Source of the DNA: Mobula hypostoma
Lineage: Eukaryota
Assembly: GCF_963921235.1 (NCBI RefSeq)
Contig: NC_086108.1
Coordinates: 91,142,001 to 91,206,000, forward strand
Length of the DNA stretch: 64,000 nucleotides
Direction: 5' to 3'
Shown: piece after piece, positions 28,998-39,590 of the stretch
Numbering within the stretch: position 1 is the first letter of the stretch
How the letters are laid out: each line of letters starts with the position of its first letter
The notes under the pieces: generated by a model
The model's input: only the letters and a program-made list of their open reading frames with translations
What the model was told of the DNA's origin: nothing
The model's database searches: none
Made by a program: the position numbers and the translations under genes

Positions 28998-29186
28998 CTT
29001 CACACACAAACTGCTGGAGGGACTCAGCAGGCCAGGCAGCATCTATGGAAAAGAGTACAGTCGATGTTTTGGGCTGAAACTTTAACTGTTTACTCTTTTC
29101 CACAGATGCTGCCTGACCTGCTGAGTTGCTCCAACATTTTGTATGTGGTGCTCGGATTTCCAGCATCTGCAGATTTTCTCTTGTTT
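28998..29186. mobile_element. Palindromic Penelope-derived short element
   Basis: ctcagcaggccaggcagcatctatggaaaagagta is followed by its reverse complement tactcttttccacagatgctgcctgacctgctgag; similar elements at 27840-28025, 36490-36750 and 46545-46732. Confidence 0.75.
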
Positions 29187-29230
29187 GTAGATATATTTGC
29201 TTGTGCTTTGTTAAAAACCAAGGTAAAATA

Positions 29231-29798
29231 CACTCACTGCCCACTTTATTATGTACAGGAGTTTACCTAATAAAATGGCCACTGCAGTAGAACCCAGTGT
29301 AGTCTGCTGCTGCTGTAGCCCATCTACTTCAAAGTTCGATGTGTTGTGCGTTCAGAGATGCTCTTCTGCAGAGCGCTGTTGTGACACATGATTATTTGAA
29401 TTACTGTCGCCTTCCTGTCAGTTTGAGCTAGTCTGGCCATTCTCCTCTTTCCTCTCTCATTAACAAGGCATTTTCACCCACAGGACTGCTGCTCAGCGGA
29501 TTTTTTTTTTTGTTTTTCACACCATTCTCTGTAAACTCTGGAGACTCGTGTGCATGAAAATTTCTGGAGATCAGCAGTTACTGAGATACTCAAATCACCC
29601 CATCTGGCACCAACAATCATTCCACAGTCAAAGTCACTTAGATCACATTTCTTTGCTAATCTGAGGCTTGGTCTGAGCAACAACTGAATCCCTTGACCAT
29701 GTCTACATGGTTTTGTGCATTGAGTTGCTGCCACATGTTTGGCTGAGTAGATATTTGCATGCATGAGCAGGTGTACCAGATAAAGTAGCCACTGAGTG
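29231..29798 (-). mobile_element. Tc1-type non-autonomous DNA transposon
   Basis: TIRs cactcactgcccactttatt / taaagtagccactgagtg with TA at the left end; transposase N-terminal remnant CDLSDFDCGMIVGAR..VSRVYREW. Confidence 0.85.
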
Positions 29799-29965
29799 GA
29801 CTTTTATTTAAGTAGTTTGAAGAGCGGAACATTACTTGTCTTTCAAGTCATGGATAGTTGAACTGCATTGTATCTCACTGTATCAAAATTTACATGTTGT
29901 TTGAAGTTTTTTACGCATTTTTGCCTTTCCAATTTATATTGGTTATTTTTCATGCTCTTGTCTAG

Positions 29966-30106
29966 GAAGTAATTGGCAGAACTCTGCCACATATTGGACC
30001 CTATAGAGTGCTGAATAACAAGGACCATGTGGTAGCATTGATTGATGAGGAGATGTGCATTAACTGTGGCAAATGCTACCTGACTTGTAATGACTCTGGT
30101 TATCAG
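29966..30106 (+). CDS. DPYD: Dihydropyrimidine dehydrogenase internal exon (equivalent to human exon 22), contains 4Fe-4S motif
   Basis: Translates [47 protein letters not shown]. Acceptor cttgtctag|, donor cag|gtaagg; 141 bp, phase 0/0. Confidence 0.98.
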
Positions 30107-30453
30107 GTAAGGAGACATTAGTAATGAGCACAATGTGTATTATCACTTCTGATTTATGAGGCATTTAGATGTACAAATTGAAATCCATGTGTATATCTAT
30201 TATAAGCAAATCTTCAGCAGGCTGCTGTTTCCCAAGTCCAACCAGGCTGAAGGCGATACACTCCACAGTAAATCAATTCACATTGGGAATCCTGAAAACA
30301 GATAAATGGATGTGAATTACCCATTTAAATCATAAACTCTTAAACCTAGAACTTCTACTGGAAAAATTGAATCAATGAGTTAACTCTTAGTGTTTATTTT
30401 AGAACAACATTGAACTATTTAGTGATGGATTCAAAATGGAAAAAATGGATGTA

Positions 30454-30967
30454 TACTCACTGGCCACTTTATTAGGTACCTCTTGTATGTTCATGGTCTT
30501 CTGCTGCTGTAGCCCATCACTTAAAGGTTTGACACGTTGTGGGATCAGAGATGCTCTTCTGCACACCACTGTTGAAATGCATGGTTATTTGAGTTACTGC
30601 CGCCTTGCTTGAACTTGTTTCGCCCTTCTCCTCTGACCTCTCACATTAATAAGGCATTTGCACCCCCAGAGCTGCCACTCACTGGATTTTTTGTTTGTTT
30701 TTTTTTTGCTTCATTCTCTGTAAATTCTAGGGAATGTTATGCGTAAAAATCTCAGGAGATCTGAGATATTCAAACCACCCTGTCTGGCACCAGCAATCAT
30801 TCCACAGTCAAATTCACGTAGATCACATTTGTCCTCTCTTCTGCTGTTTGGTTGGAACAACAGCTGAACCACTTGACCATGATTGCATATCTTTACGGAT
30901 TGAGATGCCGGCATATTAGATATTTGCATTAGCAAACAGGTGTACCTAATAAAGTAGCCACTGAGTG
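30454..30967 (-). mobile_element. Tc1-type non-autonomous DNA transposon, same family as 29231-29798
   Basis: TIRs tactcactggccactttattaggtac / gtacctaataaagtagccactgagtg; CDLREFDCGMIAGAR remnant. Confidence 0.85.
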
Positions 30968-31358
30968 TGATTCTTTATGGAATATTTACTTAGTCAGCAT
31001 CTTGCTTATAGCTTAATGGGGAAAATCACAGTCCCATTAGTTCCACAGATCTACAGATTGGGAAGTACTGTGTCACGGGATAATCTGGTTTCCTCCTGCT
31101 TCCAATAGGCATAAAGACTGATGGATTTGCCACAGTAATACCCCCTGATATATGTAATAGGAGAGGTAACAGGGATATGTAGAGAATAAAATAGATTTTG
31201 TGTGTTTGATGGTTGGCACAGATTTAGTGGGAAGAATGGTCTGTTTCCCTCATATGTGACTCTACGGTACAACTCTCCTATGCTTTCCAACTGCTCAAGC
31301 AACTGATCTTACTTCAAACTATGCTCTTCAAAGATTCAAAGTAATCTATTATCAAAGT

Positions 31359-31575
31359 TGTTGTGTATGTGGCCTGGTTACACAACAATGCTATTGACAA
31401 AAATGCTGGAGGCGGGAGTTAAGTTTCATGGTTCTTTACTGGCATAATCCGAACTCAGCACACACGTACTGATCAATACACACCTAATAGCGCATGCTCA
31501 ATAAGCACCTAATAGCACATGCAGCGACGTGTTAATAAAACATAAAGTAGTCCGTATTATAGGCTATACGGTTCA
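31359..31575 (-). repeat. 3' LTR of the SUDS3-carrying element
   Basis: Direct repeat of 34458-34655 with one extra ~25-bp internal unit (cacctaatagcgcatgc...); PPT adjacent. Confidence 0.95.
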
Positions 31576-31588
31576 CTCCTCCCCTTTT
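31576..31588 (-). other. Polypurine tract
   Basis: Minus strand AAAAGGGGAGGAG immediately precedes the 3' LTR. Confidence 0.9.
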
Positions 31589-32100
31589 ATTTTAATAGTG
31601 TATCAACTGTTTTTTTTTACTGGGACATTATGCTAAACAAATAAGTTTATCTTTAACATACAGTACAAATGCCTACCATTTGTTTACTTAGCAACTTAAT
31701 AATATCAAATTATAACAAGCCTTTTTTTTTACTTTTGGTCTAAGACCCATTTATACTCAAGTCTCGGGGGGGGGCGGGTCTTCTCTAGATTGTCCGGCAG
31801 TGAAGCAAATAGGTCTTCACTCTATTGTCTGGAATAAATTAAACAATCGACAAATTGTTCCAGCCATAAAGAGTAGTCACCTCCATCTTGCAAAGATGAT
31901 GAAAAGGTAAATGTTATTCTTAAAAATATGTACAATCATCAAAACTGAGATAGCATTGGAAAGAGTCTTCAAATAGTGTGTTCTTCAGTCTGTCAATGAA
32001 CTTGTTTGTTTTAATACAGATTTCCATATAAAAGTCATGAAAAGTTGACCTCTGAGCATAGGGAGTTAAGAAGATGTGCGCCTCCAACTTGCTAAGAGTT

Positions 32101-33032
32101 CTAGGCAGCAGATCACCTCCGTATAATGAAGACTCCTCTGTGTAGCTGTCCTAGATATATAGCATCTTTGTGCTATCACTTGTCTTCCTTACCCATATCT
32201 CATTTGTTCCAACTGAGCTAATTACACAGCCAATCTTCGTATTCTCCTTAGATTCCAAATAGATAGCCTGACCTTTATGATACCATCTCTTATCGTAATA
32301 TGACTTTCCATCTACTAATCGTGCTTCATATCTTTGTGCTGGTGATTCAGTAGGAGTGCTGAGGAGATGCTCAGGAGAGGACAGAGATGCTGGTCTTTTC
32401 AGAAGTTTAAGCTTATTGAGAGTTTGCAGATCTTCCATTATCTGTTCATCTCTTAACAAGTAATTTAACTGCGCAGATGCAGGTTTTCATTTTTGGTCTG
32501 TAATTGGAGCAGGGTCATTAGGTCTCCTCCTTAGTTTCCTAGTTATTATTGGCTTTACCTCCATAGAATCTCCTGTGATTTCCATTGTTAGCCTCTCATT
32601 CTCAATCATCTGTTTCTTTTCTTCTAACTCAATCTTTTTATCTTCAAATTCCTTCACTGCTGCTTTCTTCTCTTTAATATAATTCCTTTCCACTTGTTCT
32701 GTCTCCAGTTGCAGAAAAAGCTCTGCATTTGGTTTTCTTTCCTTGTATTGTTGGTCTAGTTTCTTCATCCTTTTCTGGTACTTCTGCAAAGTGCCTTCCT
32801 GTAACTACTGTAGCTGTCTTTTGAGAGATGTCAATTTCTCCTGGCACATATGCTCTTTTACTTCTAGGTAGTCTTCATCATCCCGCTTATTGGCAATATC
32901 TGTCTCACTGGCATCCTCTGTATCTTCATCTGAGTCACGGCCAATACTGCGTTCGTCCTCATCGTCGACGCTGTCTAGTTCCTCCTCTTCGTTTTAATAA
33001 TCAACAATGGGTGAGAGGAGAGCTGCAGACAT
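32101..33032 (-). pseudogene. SUDS3: Processed (intronless) SUDS3/SDS3 copy, Sin3 histone deacetylase corepressor subunit
   Basis: [137 protein letters not shown]. Colinear with vertebrate SUDS3; internal stops at 32994, 32805, 32487 and ~32113, frameshift near 32160. Confidence 0.96.
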
Positions 33033-33039
33033 CTTCCCC

Positions 33040-34273
33040 GCTGAGCTGCCCTCCTTTGTTGACACATCTAGTGCCTTGATAGTGTGCCAATCCAACTGGA
33101 TTTTCCTGAGCCATTCACGTCCCAGCAAAGGTGGTCCTCCATTTTTCAGTACATAGAGGTTCAGCTGCTGTGTTTTGTCTCTGTAGGTCACTGTCACTTT
33201 AATTTTACCTTTGGGATGCACTTTCTGTCCTGTGTAAGTTTTTAGCAGTAGTTTAGTTCATTTCAGAGGTATGTGAGAAAACAGTCATTTGTAGTCGTCT
33301 ACAGAGATCACGGTTAAAGCTGAATCTGTGTCCAACTCCATTTTCAGTCTCATACCTGCCACTTATGGAGTGATCCTTATTACTCTTCGATCATCTGTCT
33401 CTTTCACTCTCTGAAGTTGCAGACAAGACAATTCACTTTCGTCTGAGTCGTTTTCATCAGAACTACTTTCTTCCATTTTGTGTACATTGTTGTATTTTCC
33501 TTTCTAAATCTAAATCTAAATCTAATCTAAATCTAAATCTGGGGTTTCTTGTTTCTCTGTATTTTTTCCTTTTTCTGCTGTTGACTAGCTTTGCATACTC
33601 TGCCAGTGTGGCCCTGTTTGCCACAATTTCTGCATTCTTTGTCTTTAAACCAACAGTCATCAGGGTCATGTGACACGTTCCCACAATGGTAACATTTCTT
33701 TCCTTCATTTCTGTTCAGTAACATTTTATTCATAGCATATTCCAGAGATTTCTGTTGTATCTCTGAAGCACCCCGTGCTGCTGTTTCTGTTGATATTGCA
33801 ATGTTCAGTGCCTTCTCTAATGTAAGGTCTTTTTCACCCAGGAGCTTCTTCTGTGTGGTTTCACAGTGCACGCTACACACTAACTTGTCCCTCAATGTGT
33901 CTGATAGACGAGCTCCAAATTGACAATGTTCTGATAATTTGTGGAATTCAGCACAATATTCAGAAATGCTTTCATTTTTGCTCTGATTCCATTTGTGAAA
34001 TTTAAATCTTGCAGCAATGACCAGTGGTTAGGGGTTTAAGTGCTGTTGGAGAGTGTCTACTATTTGCTTGAACGTTTTGTCAGCTGGCTTTTCAGGGGTT
34101 AACAAGTTCCGTAGCAGCCCATATGTTTTTGCTCCCATAATACTGAGTGAGACGCTGGCTTTCTTTTCATCATCAACACCATTAGCATCACAATATACCT
34201 CCACTCTTTCAATGTAAGTTGCCCAGTTTTCAATGCCACTATCAAACACTGTAATGGTTCCAATCATTGCCAT
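33040..34273 (-). pseudogene. Gypsy gag plus aspartic protease, disrupted
   Basis: ORF pieces MAMIGTITVFD..WATYIER, RDKLVC, zinc knuckles CYHCGNVSHDPDDC and CRNCGKQGHTGRVC, protease MELDTDSALTVIS (DTG changed to DTD) and LLGREWL; frameshifts and stops. Confidence 0.92.
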
Positions 34274-34440
34274 CTTTGTTATGTTAATTTAGCCCTGTTC
34301 TCCTCTTGCTTCCTTTTTGACTCACATATCCTTTTTGTTAGCGCAACAAGCACACTCCATCTAGATGCATCTAAATTCTCTCTCTTCTCCAAGTGCCATT
34401 GTCAACTAAAACATGGCATTCTGATAAGATGTAGGTCCAT

Positions 34441-34454
34441 AATCCTTGTCGCCA
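34441..34454 (-). other. Primer-binding site, tRNA-Ser(GCT)-like
   Basis: Minus strand reads TGGCGACAAGGATT 3 nt inside the 5' LTR boundary; near-complement of the tRNA-Ser(GCT) 3' end (TGGCGACGAGGATG). Confidence 0.8.
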
Positions 34455-34457
34455 ATT

Positions 34458-34655
34458 TGTTGTGTATGTGGCCTGGTTACACAGCAATGCTATTGACTAA
34501 AACACTGAAGATAGAAGCTAAGTTTCATGGTTCTTTACTGGCATAATCCGAACTCAGCGCACATGTACAGATCAATGTGCACCTAATAGCGCATGCAATG
34601 ACGTGTTACTAAAACATAAAGTAGTCCCCTATTATAATGTAGGCTATACAGTACA
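34458..34655 (-). repeat. 5' LTR of the SUDS3-carrying element
   Basis: Starts tgttgtgtatgtggcctggttacac and ends gtaca on the + strand; roughly 89% identical to 31359-31575 by manual count; PBS adjacent. Confidence 0.95.
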
Positions 34656-35819
34656 AAAGTATGTATGCAATATACAACCCTGAGTTACATCTTTCCATAT
34701 ACAGCCACGATACAAAGAAAACCATGGAACCCATTTAAAGAAAAACATCAGACCTCCCAACACATAAAATAAACAAATTGAGCAAACAGCAAAAAAAAGC
34801 AGAAAACACAGAGTACAAACCATCGAATCATAAAGACATCGCAAGAGTCCAAGCATATTCAGTTCAGTTCAATCCAGCAGCGCGTCTCTCACCATCTGCA
34901 CTAGTCCACTCCAAGCAAAATTGAACAAAGTAGCACAAAAAGAGCAACCAGAAACCAGAAACACATCATTATGTGAAGTAGAGTCCAATCCACAAACTGC
35001 ATCGATTAAGCCTTGCTCAAGACTCATAGAGTCCAGCAGCATCGAGCAAGAGGGAAGGAGAAGGACTGTTCTGGAAGTTTTTGCATGCGGAATCCTAAAA
35101 CATGTTCCAGCATATACATGCATCTCTCAGTTTACTCTGTTTTCTACAGGTCAGGTTGGCACTTCGCAGAGTATTGAAGGATCTTTTCCCAACCTTAAGT
35201 ATCGTAAGGAAAACATTAAAAAGTTTTTTGGGAGGCATTTATGCCTTGTCATGAGGAGGATGCTGTAGCTAGCATATTATTGCCAACACCTGACTCACAT
35301 CTTGTTAACATACAGTTCCTTTGAGCGGCACACAGACATAACTGCCCAATCACCTCTAAACACAACCTTCAAAAAGGTAGGATAGACCTTTGTCAAGAAA
35401 GATTTTAAACCCCCAACCCTGGTGAGAAGGACATAAGCCACAATTGTGGCCTCCCTACAGCTTCTTGCATGGTGTAGATTAACTGGCCTTCCTTTAACTG
35501 GGATGCTTCAGAGTGCTAAGAGAACGTCGGAGCAGCACTCCAGTTATATCCTCTCTGTGGATTTTGGTTTGTAAGCTCTCCTTCCCCATGGCTGATGGAA
35601 GGTAATACAGCCTTCACGTTAACTCTGGATCTCCTGAAACTTTTCCAATTGACTACCAGCTCAGCTGTTTTTCACTATTCTTTTTTAAGAATGGAGTATT
35701 GTGATCAATTCATTAATGGGGCCTATTACCATTTTCATTATTATTTGCTTGGATGCAATGTTTCAGAGCAGGTTAGATCCAATTAGGAAATTGTTGAATC
35801 TGTCACATACGGGGTATAT

Positions 35820-36220
35820 TAGACCATAAGACAAGGAGCAGAATTAGGTTATTTGGCCCACCAAGTCTGCTCTGCCATTCCAAAATGGCTGATTTATTAT
35901 CCCTCTCAACCCCCATCTCCTGCCTTCTCCCCGTAATCTCTGACACCCTTCCTGATCAAGAACCTATCAGCCTCTTCTTAAAACATGCACAATGACTTGG
36001 CCTTCATAGCCATCTGTGGCCATGAATTCCACAGATTCACCACCTTCTGGCTGAAGACTTTCTTCTTCATCTCTTCTAAAGGGACATCTTCCTGTTCTGG
36101 GGCTGTGCCCACTGGTCCTAGACTCCCTCACTACAGGAAACATTCTCCCCTCGTCCATTTTCCGTAGGACTTTCAACATTTGATAAGTTTCAAAGAGATC
36201 CCCCCCAATTCTTCTAATAT
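35820..36220 (-). mobile_element. CR1 3' fragment
   Basis: RRIGGDLFETYQMLK..RMFPVV.ESRT.GHS; agaccataagac tail. Confidence 0.85.
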
Positions 36221-37317
36221 CTGTATATTGATAATATATATTCTGTATCAATTCACCTGAAAAGTTTGAGGAGCTATGGACAGCCAGCCAGCCAACTTGT
36301 TTCAATCAGAATACATTCCAAAATACTTCAGCAGATTTAGTGCATTATTCCCTCCTCACTTAATAATAAGCACTTATTGTTACAGTTCAGTCATGATTAA
36401 ATATTTGTTGGATTTGCTTGCAGGGTGAAATTGGATCATAATGTTTCTGCTTTCAGCTGGATAACATGGAGAACATGAGATAAGAACAAAAAGCAGTGGA
36501 AGTACTTGGCAGGGTAGGCAGCATCTGTGGAAAGGAAAATGGAGATAACACTTCAAGTTGAACCCTTCAATAGAACAGGAAAGTGAGAAAATTGCCCGTG
36601 TTTTCTCTCCTTACCAGACCTGGTGAAAAGTTTTTGACCTGAAATGTTAGCAATAATTCTCTTTCCGCTGATGCTGCCTGACCTGCTGAGTATTTCCAAG
36701 TTTTTTGTTCTTCTAATTCTGGATGTCCAGTATCCACAATTCTGTGATTTTCAATTAATAGAGAATATGAGTCTAATTCAGAAAGGTAGCCCCCATAGGA
36801 CCAAATATTGGAGATGTATTTGACGTAACCTCAATGTGGGTGTTGCTGAGGCAACACTGATGTCATTCTTAGGAGAAGCACAATGCTGTATACATTGTTA
36901 TTAAGTGACCTCTGCCATTTTCTAAACTTCCTGGAAGTTGTTTACCTTAAATGAGGCCATTTGTGGTTTTGTTCGTCTTGAAATCACTTAGCCTACATCA
37001 GGCTTAAAGTTGTACACATAAAAATATTGCTGTAAGATGTCACCAGAGGGATAAATCTGTTTGAAAATGTTTGCTGTTTTTTTGGAATCAGGTAGTGATA
37101 TATTACTGCTGACATTACAGCGGATCTATAGTCCCTTTTACTTCATCAGCAAATTGCCTGTGGATGCCATTCAGTAAGATGCAACTTGTTAATCACTAAA
37201 TGAAAGCCAATGTTGATTGCATCTCAGGCCTACCTGCTCCGGTGGAGAAATGATCTCTTGCGTACAAATACATAATTAGACCTGCTTGTTAATTGTACAA
37301 CTTCTAAAGTTAAGAAT

Positions 37318-37848
37318 ATTGAGGCCTCATCTGGAGTATTATGAGCAGCTTTGGGCCCCTTATCTTAGGAAGGTTGAGCTGATACTGGAGAGGGTTCAAA
37401 GGAGTTTCACAAAAGTGACAGTATTGAACAGCTTGTCATATGTAGAGCATTTGATGCCTTTGAGCCTGTATTCATTGGAATTCAGAAGAATGAGAGGTGA
37501 GCTAATTGAAACCTATTGAATATTGAAAGGCCTCAATAGAGTGGATGTGGCGAAGATGTTTCCTACGATGGAATAGTCTAGGACCAGAGGACACAGCCTC
37601 AAAATAGAAGGGTGTCCTTTTAGAACAGAGATGAGGAAGAATTTCTTCAGCCAGGGTGTGGTGAATCTATGGAATTCATTGTCACAGGCAGCTGTTGAGC
37701 CAAGTCTTTACGGCAGAGGTTGATATATTCTTGACCGGTCAGGGCATGAAGGGATATAGGGAGATTGCGGCTGAGATGATGAAATGGTGAAGCACATTTG
37801 ATGGGCCAAATGGCCTAATTCTGCTGCTATATCTAATGGCCTGTGGTA
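37318..37848 (+). mobile_element. CR1 3' fragment
   Basis: RPHLEYYEQLWAPYLRK..LERVQRSFT..YSLEFRRMRGELIETY. Confidence 0.88.
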
Positions 37849-37979
37849 TTATATTATTCTTATTTATCCTTGTATAGGATTGAAATATTGTTGACGTTTT
37901 AATGTCATCCCTAATTGCATCCAGAACCAAGTGACTTGCTCAGACACTTCTGTGGGCTGTTAAGAGACAATTACATTGT

Positions 37980-39590
37980 GACACACACAAAATGCTGGAG
38001 GAACTCAGCAGGCCAGGAGCACCTATGGAAAAGAGTAAACAGTCGACATTTTGGGCTGAGACCCTGAATCAGGACTAGAGGGAAGAAGATGAGAAGTCAA
38101 AGTAAAAAGGTGGGGGAAGGGGAGGAAGGTAGGTGATAGGTGAAACCAGGGGAGGGATGAAGTGAGAGCTGGGAAGTTGATTGGTGAAAGAGATACAGGG
38201 CTGGAGAAGGGAAAATCTGATAGGAGCGGACAGAGGCCATGGAAGAAAGGGAAGGAGGAGGAGCACCAGACGGACGTGATGGGCAGGTTAAGGAGATAAG
38301 GTGAGAAAGGGAAGTGGGAATGGGGAATGGTGAAGCAAAGACGGGGGTGGGGGCACCACTGGAAGTTCAAGAAATCAATGTTCATGCCATCAGGTTGGAA
38401 GATACCTGGATGTTGTTGCTCCTCCAAACTGAGTCTGGCCTCATCGCTGTAATAGATGAGGCCATGGATGGACATGTTGGAATGAGAATAGAAAGTAGAA
38501 TTAAAAGGGTGGCCACTGAGATACCCCGCTTTTTCTGGCCGACAGAGCTTAGGTGCTCAACGAAGTAGTCTCCCAATCTACATCGGGTCTTACTGATATA
38601 CAGGAGGCCACACTGCGAGCATCGGATACGTTAGTGACCCCCAACAGACTCACAGGTAATGTGTCGCCTCACTTGGAAGGACTGTTTGGGGCCCTGAATG
38701 AAAGTGAGGGAGGAGGTGTAGCGCTTGATAAGTGCCAGGAGGGAATTCAGTGGGGAGGGACAATTGGACAAGGGAGTCAGGTAGGGAGTGATCCCTGCAG
38801 AAAGCAGAAATTGGGGGGAGGGAAAGATGTGCTTGGTGATGGGATCCCGTTGGAGATGACGGAAGTTATGAAGAAATAGGTGCTGGATGTGGAGGCTGGT
38901 GGGGTGGTAGGTGAGGGCAGAAGGAACCCTATCCCTGGCAAGGTGATTGGGAGACCACTTCACTGATCACCTATGCTCCGAAACCAGGAAAAGCGGGATC
39001 TCCCAGTGGCCACCTATTTTAATTCTATTTTCCATTCCTATTCCATCATGTTAGTCCATGCTGCAATGAGGCCACACTCAGGTTGGAGGAGCAACACCTT
39101 ATATTCCACCTGGGTAGCCTTCAATCTGATGGCATGAACATCTAAACTTCCGGTAATGCCCCCGCTCCCCCAACCTTCACCATTCCCATTCCCATTTCCC
39201 TCTCTCACCTTATTGCCTTACCTTCCCATCATCTCCCTCTGGTGCTCCTCCCCCTTCCCTTTCTTCCATGGCCTTCTGTCCTCTCCCATCCGATTCCCCC
39301 TTCTCTAGCCCTTTATCTCCTTCACCAATCGACTTCCTAACTCTTTACTTCACCCCTCCCCTCCCCCTGTTTAATCTATCACCTGCTACCTGGTATCTCT
39401 CCTACCCTCTCCCCTCCCCCACCTTCTTACTCCGACTTCTCATCTTTTTTCTCCACTCCTGATGAAGGGTCTCGGCCTGAAATTTCGCCTGTACTCTTTT
39501 CCATAGCTGTTGCCTGACCTACAGAGTCCCTCCAGTATTTTGTGTGGGTTGCTTGGACTTCCAACATCAGAAGATTTTCTCTTATTTGAG
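37980..39590. mobile_element. Penelope-like element with GIY-YIG remnant, as two inverted halves
   Basis: Minus half 37980-38940 encodes IQGPKQSFQVRRHITC..CIRCSQCGLLYI.KTRCRLGDYFVEH; plus half 38940-39590 is an inverted copy of ~37980-38580. Confidence 0.8.

Larger units (their letters stand above)
31359..34655 (-). mobile_element. Gypsy-type LTR retrotransposon, non-autonomous, carrying a captured SUDS3 cDNA
   Basis: Direct LTRs 31359-31575 and 34458-34655 (TG...CA), TSD AAAGT at 31354-31358 and 34656-34660, PBS, PPT, gag and protease remnants. Confidence 0.95.

Noticed and set aside
32101..33032. Functional nested SUDS3 gene
   Set aside because: At least four in-frame stops, a frameshift, no introns, and it sits inside an LTR element.
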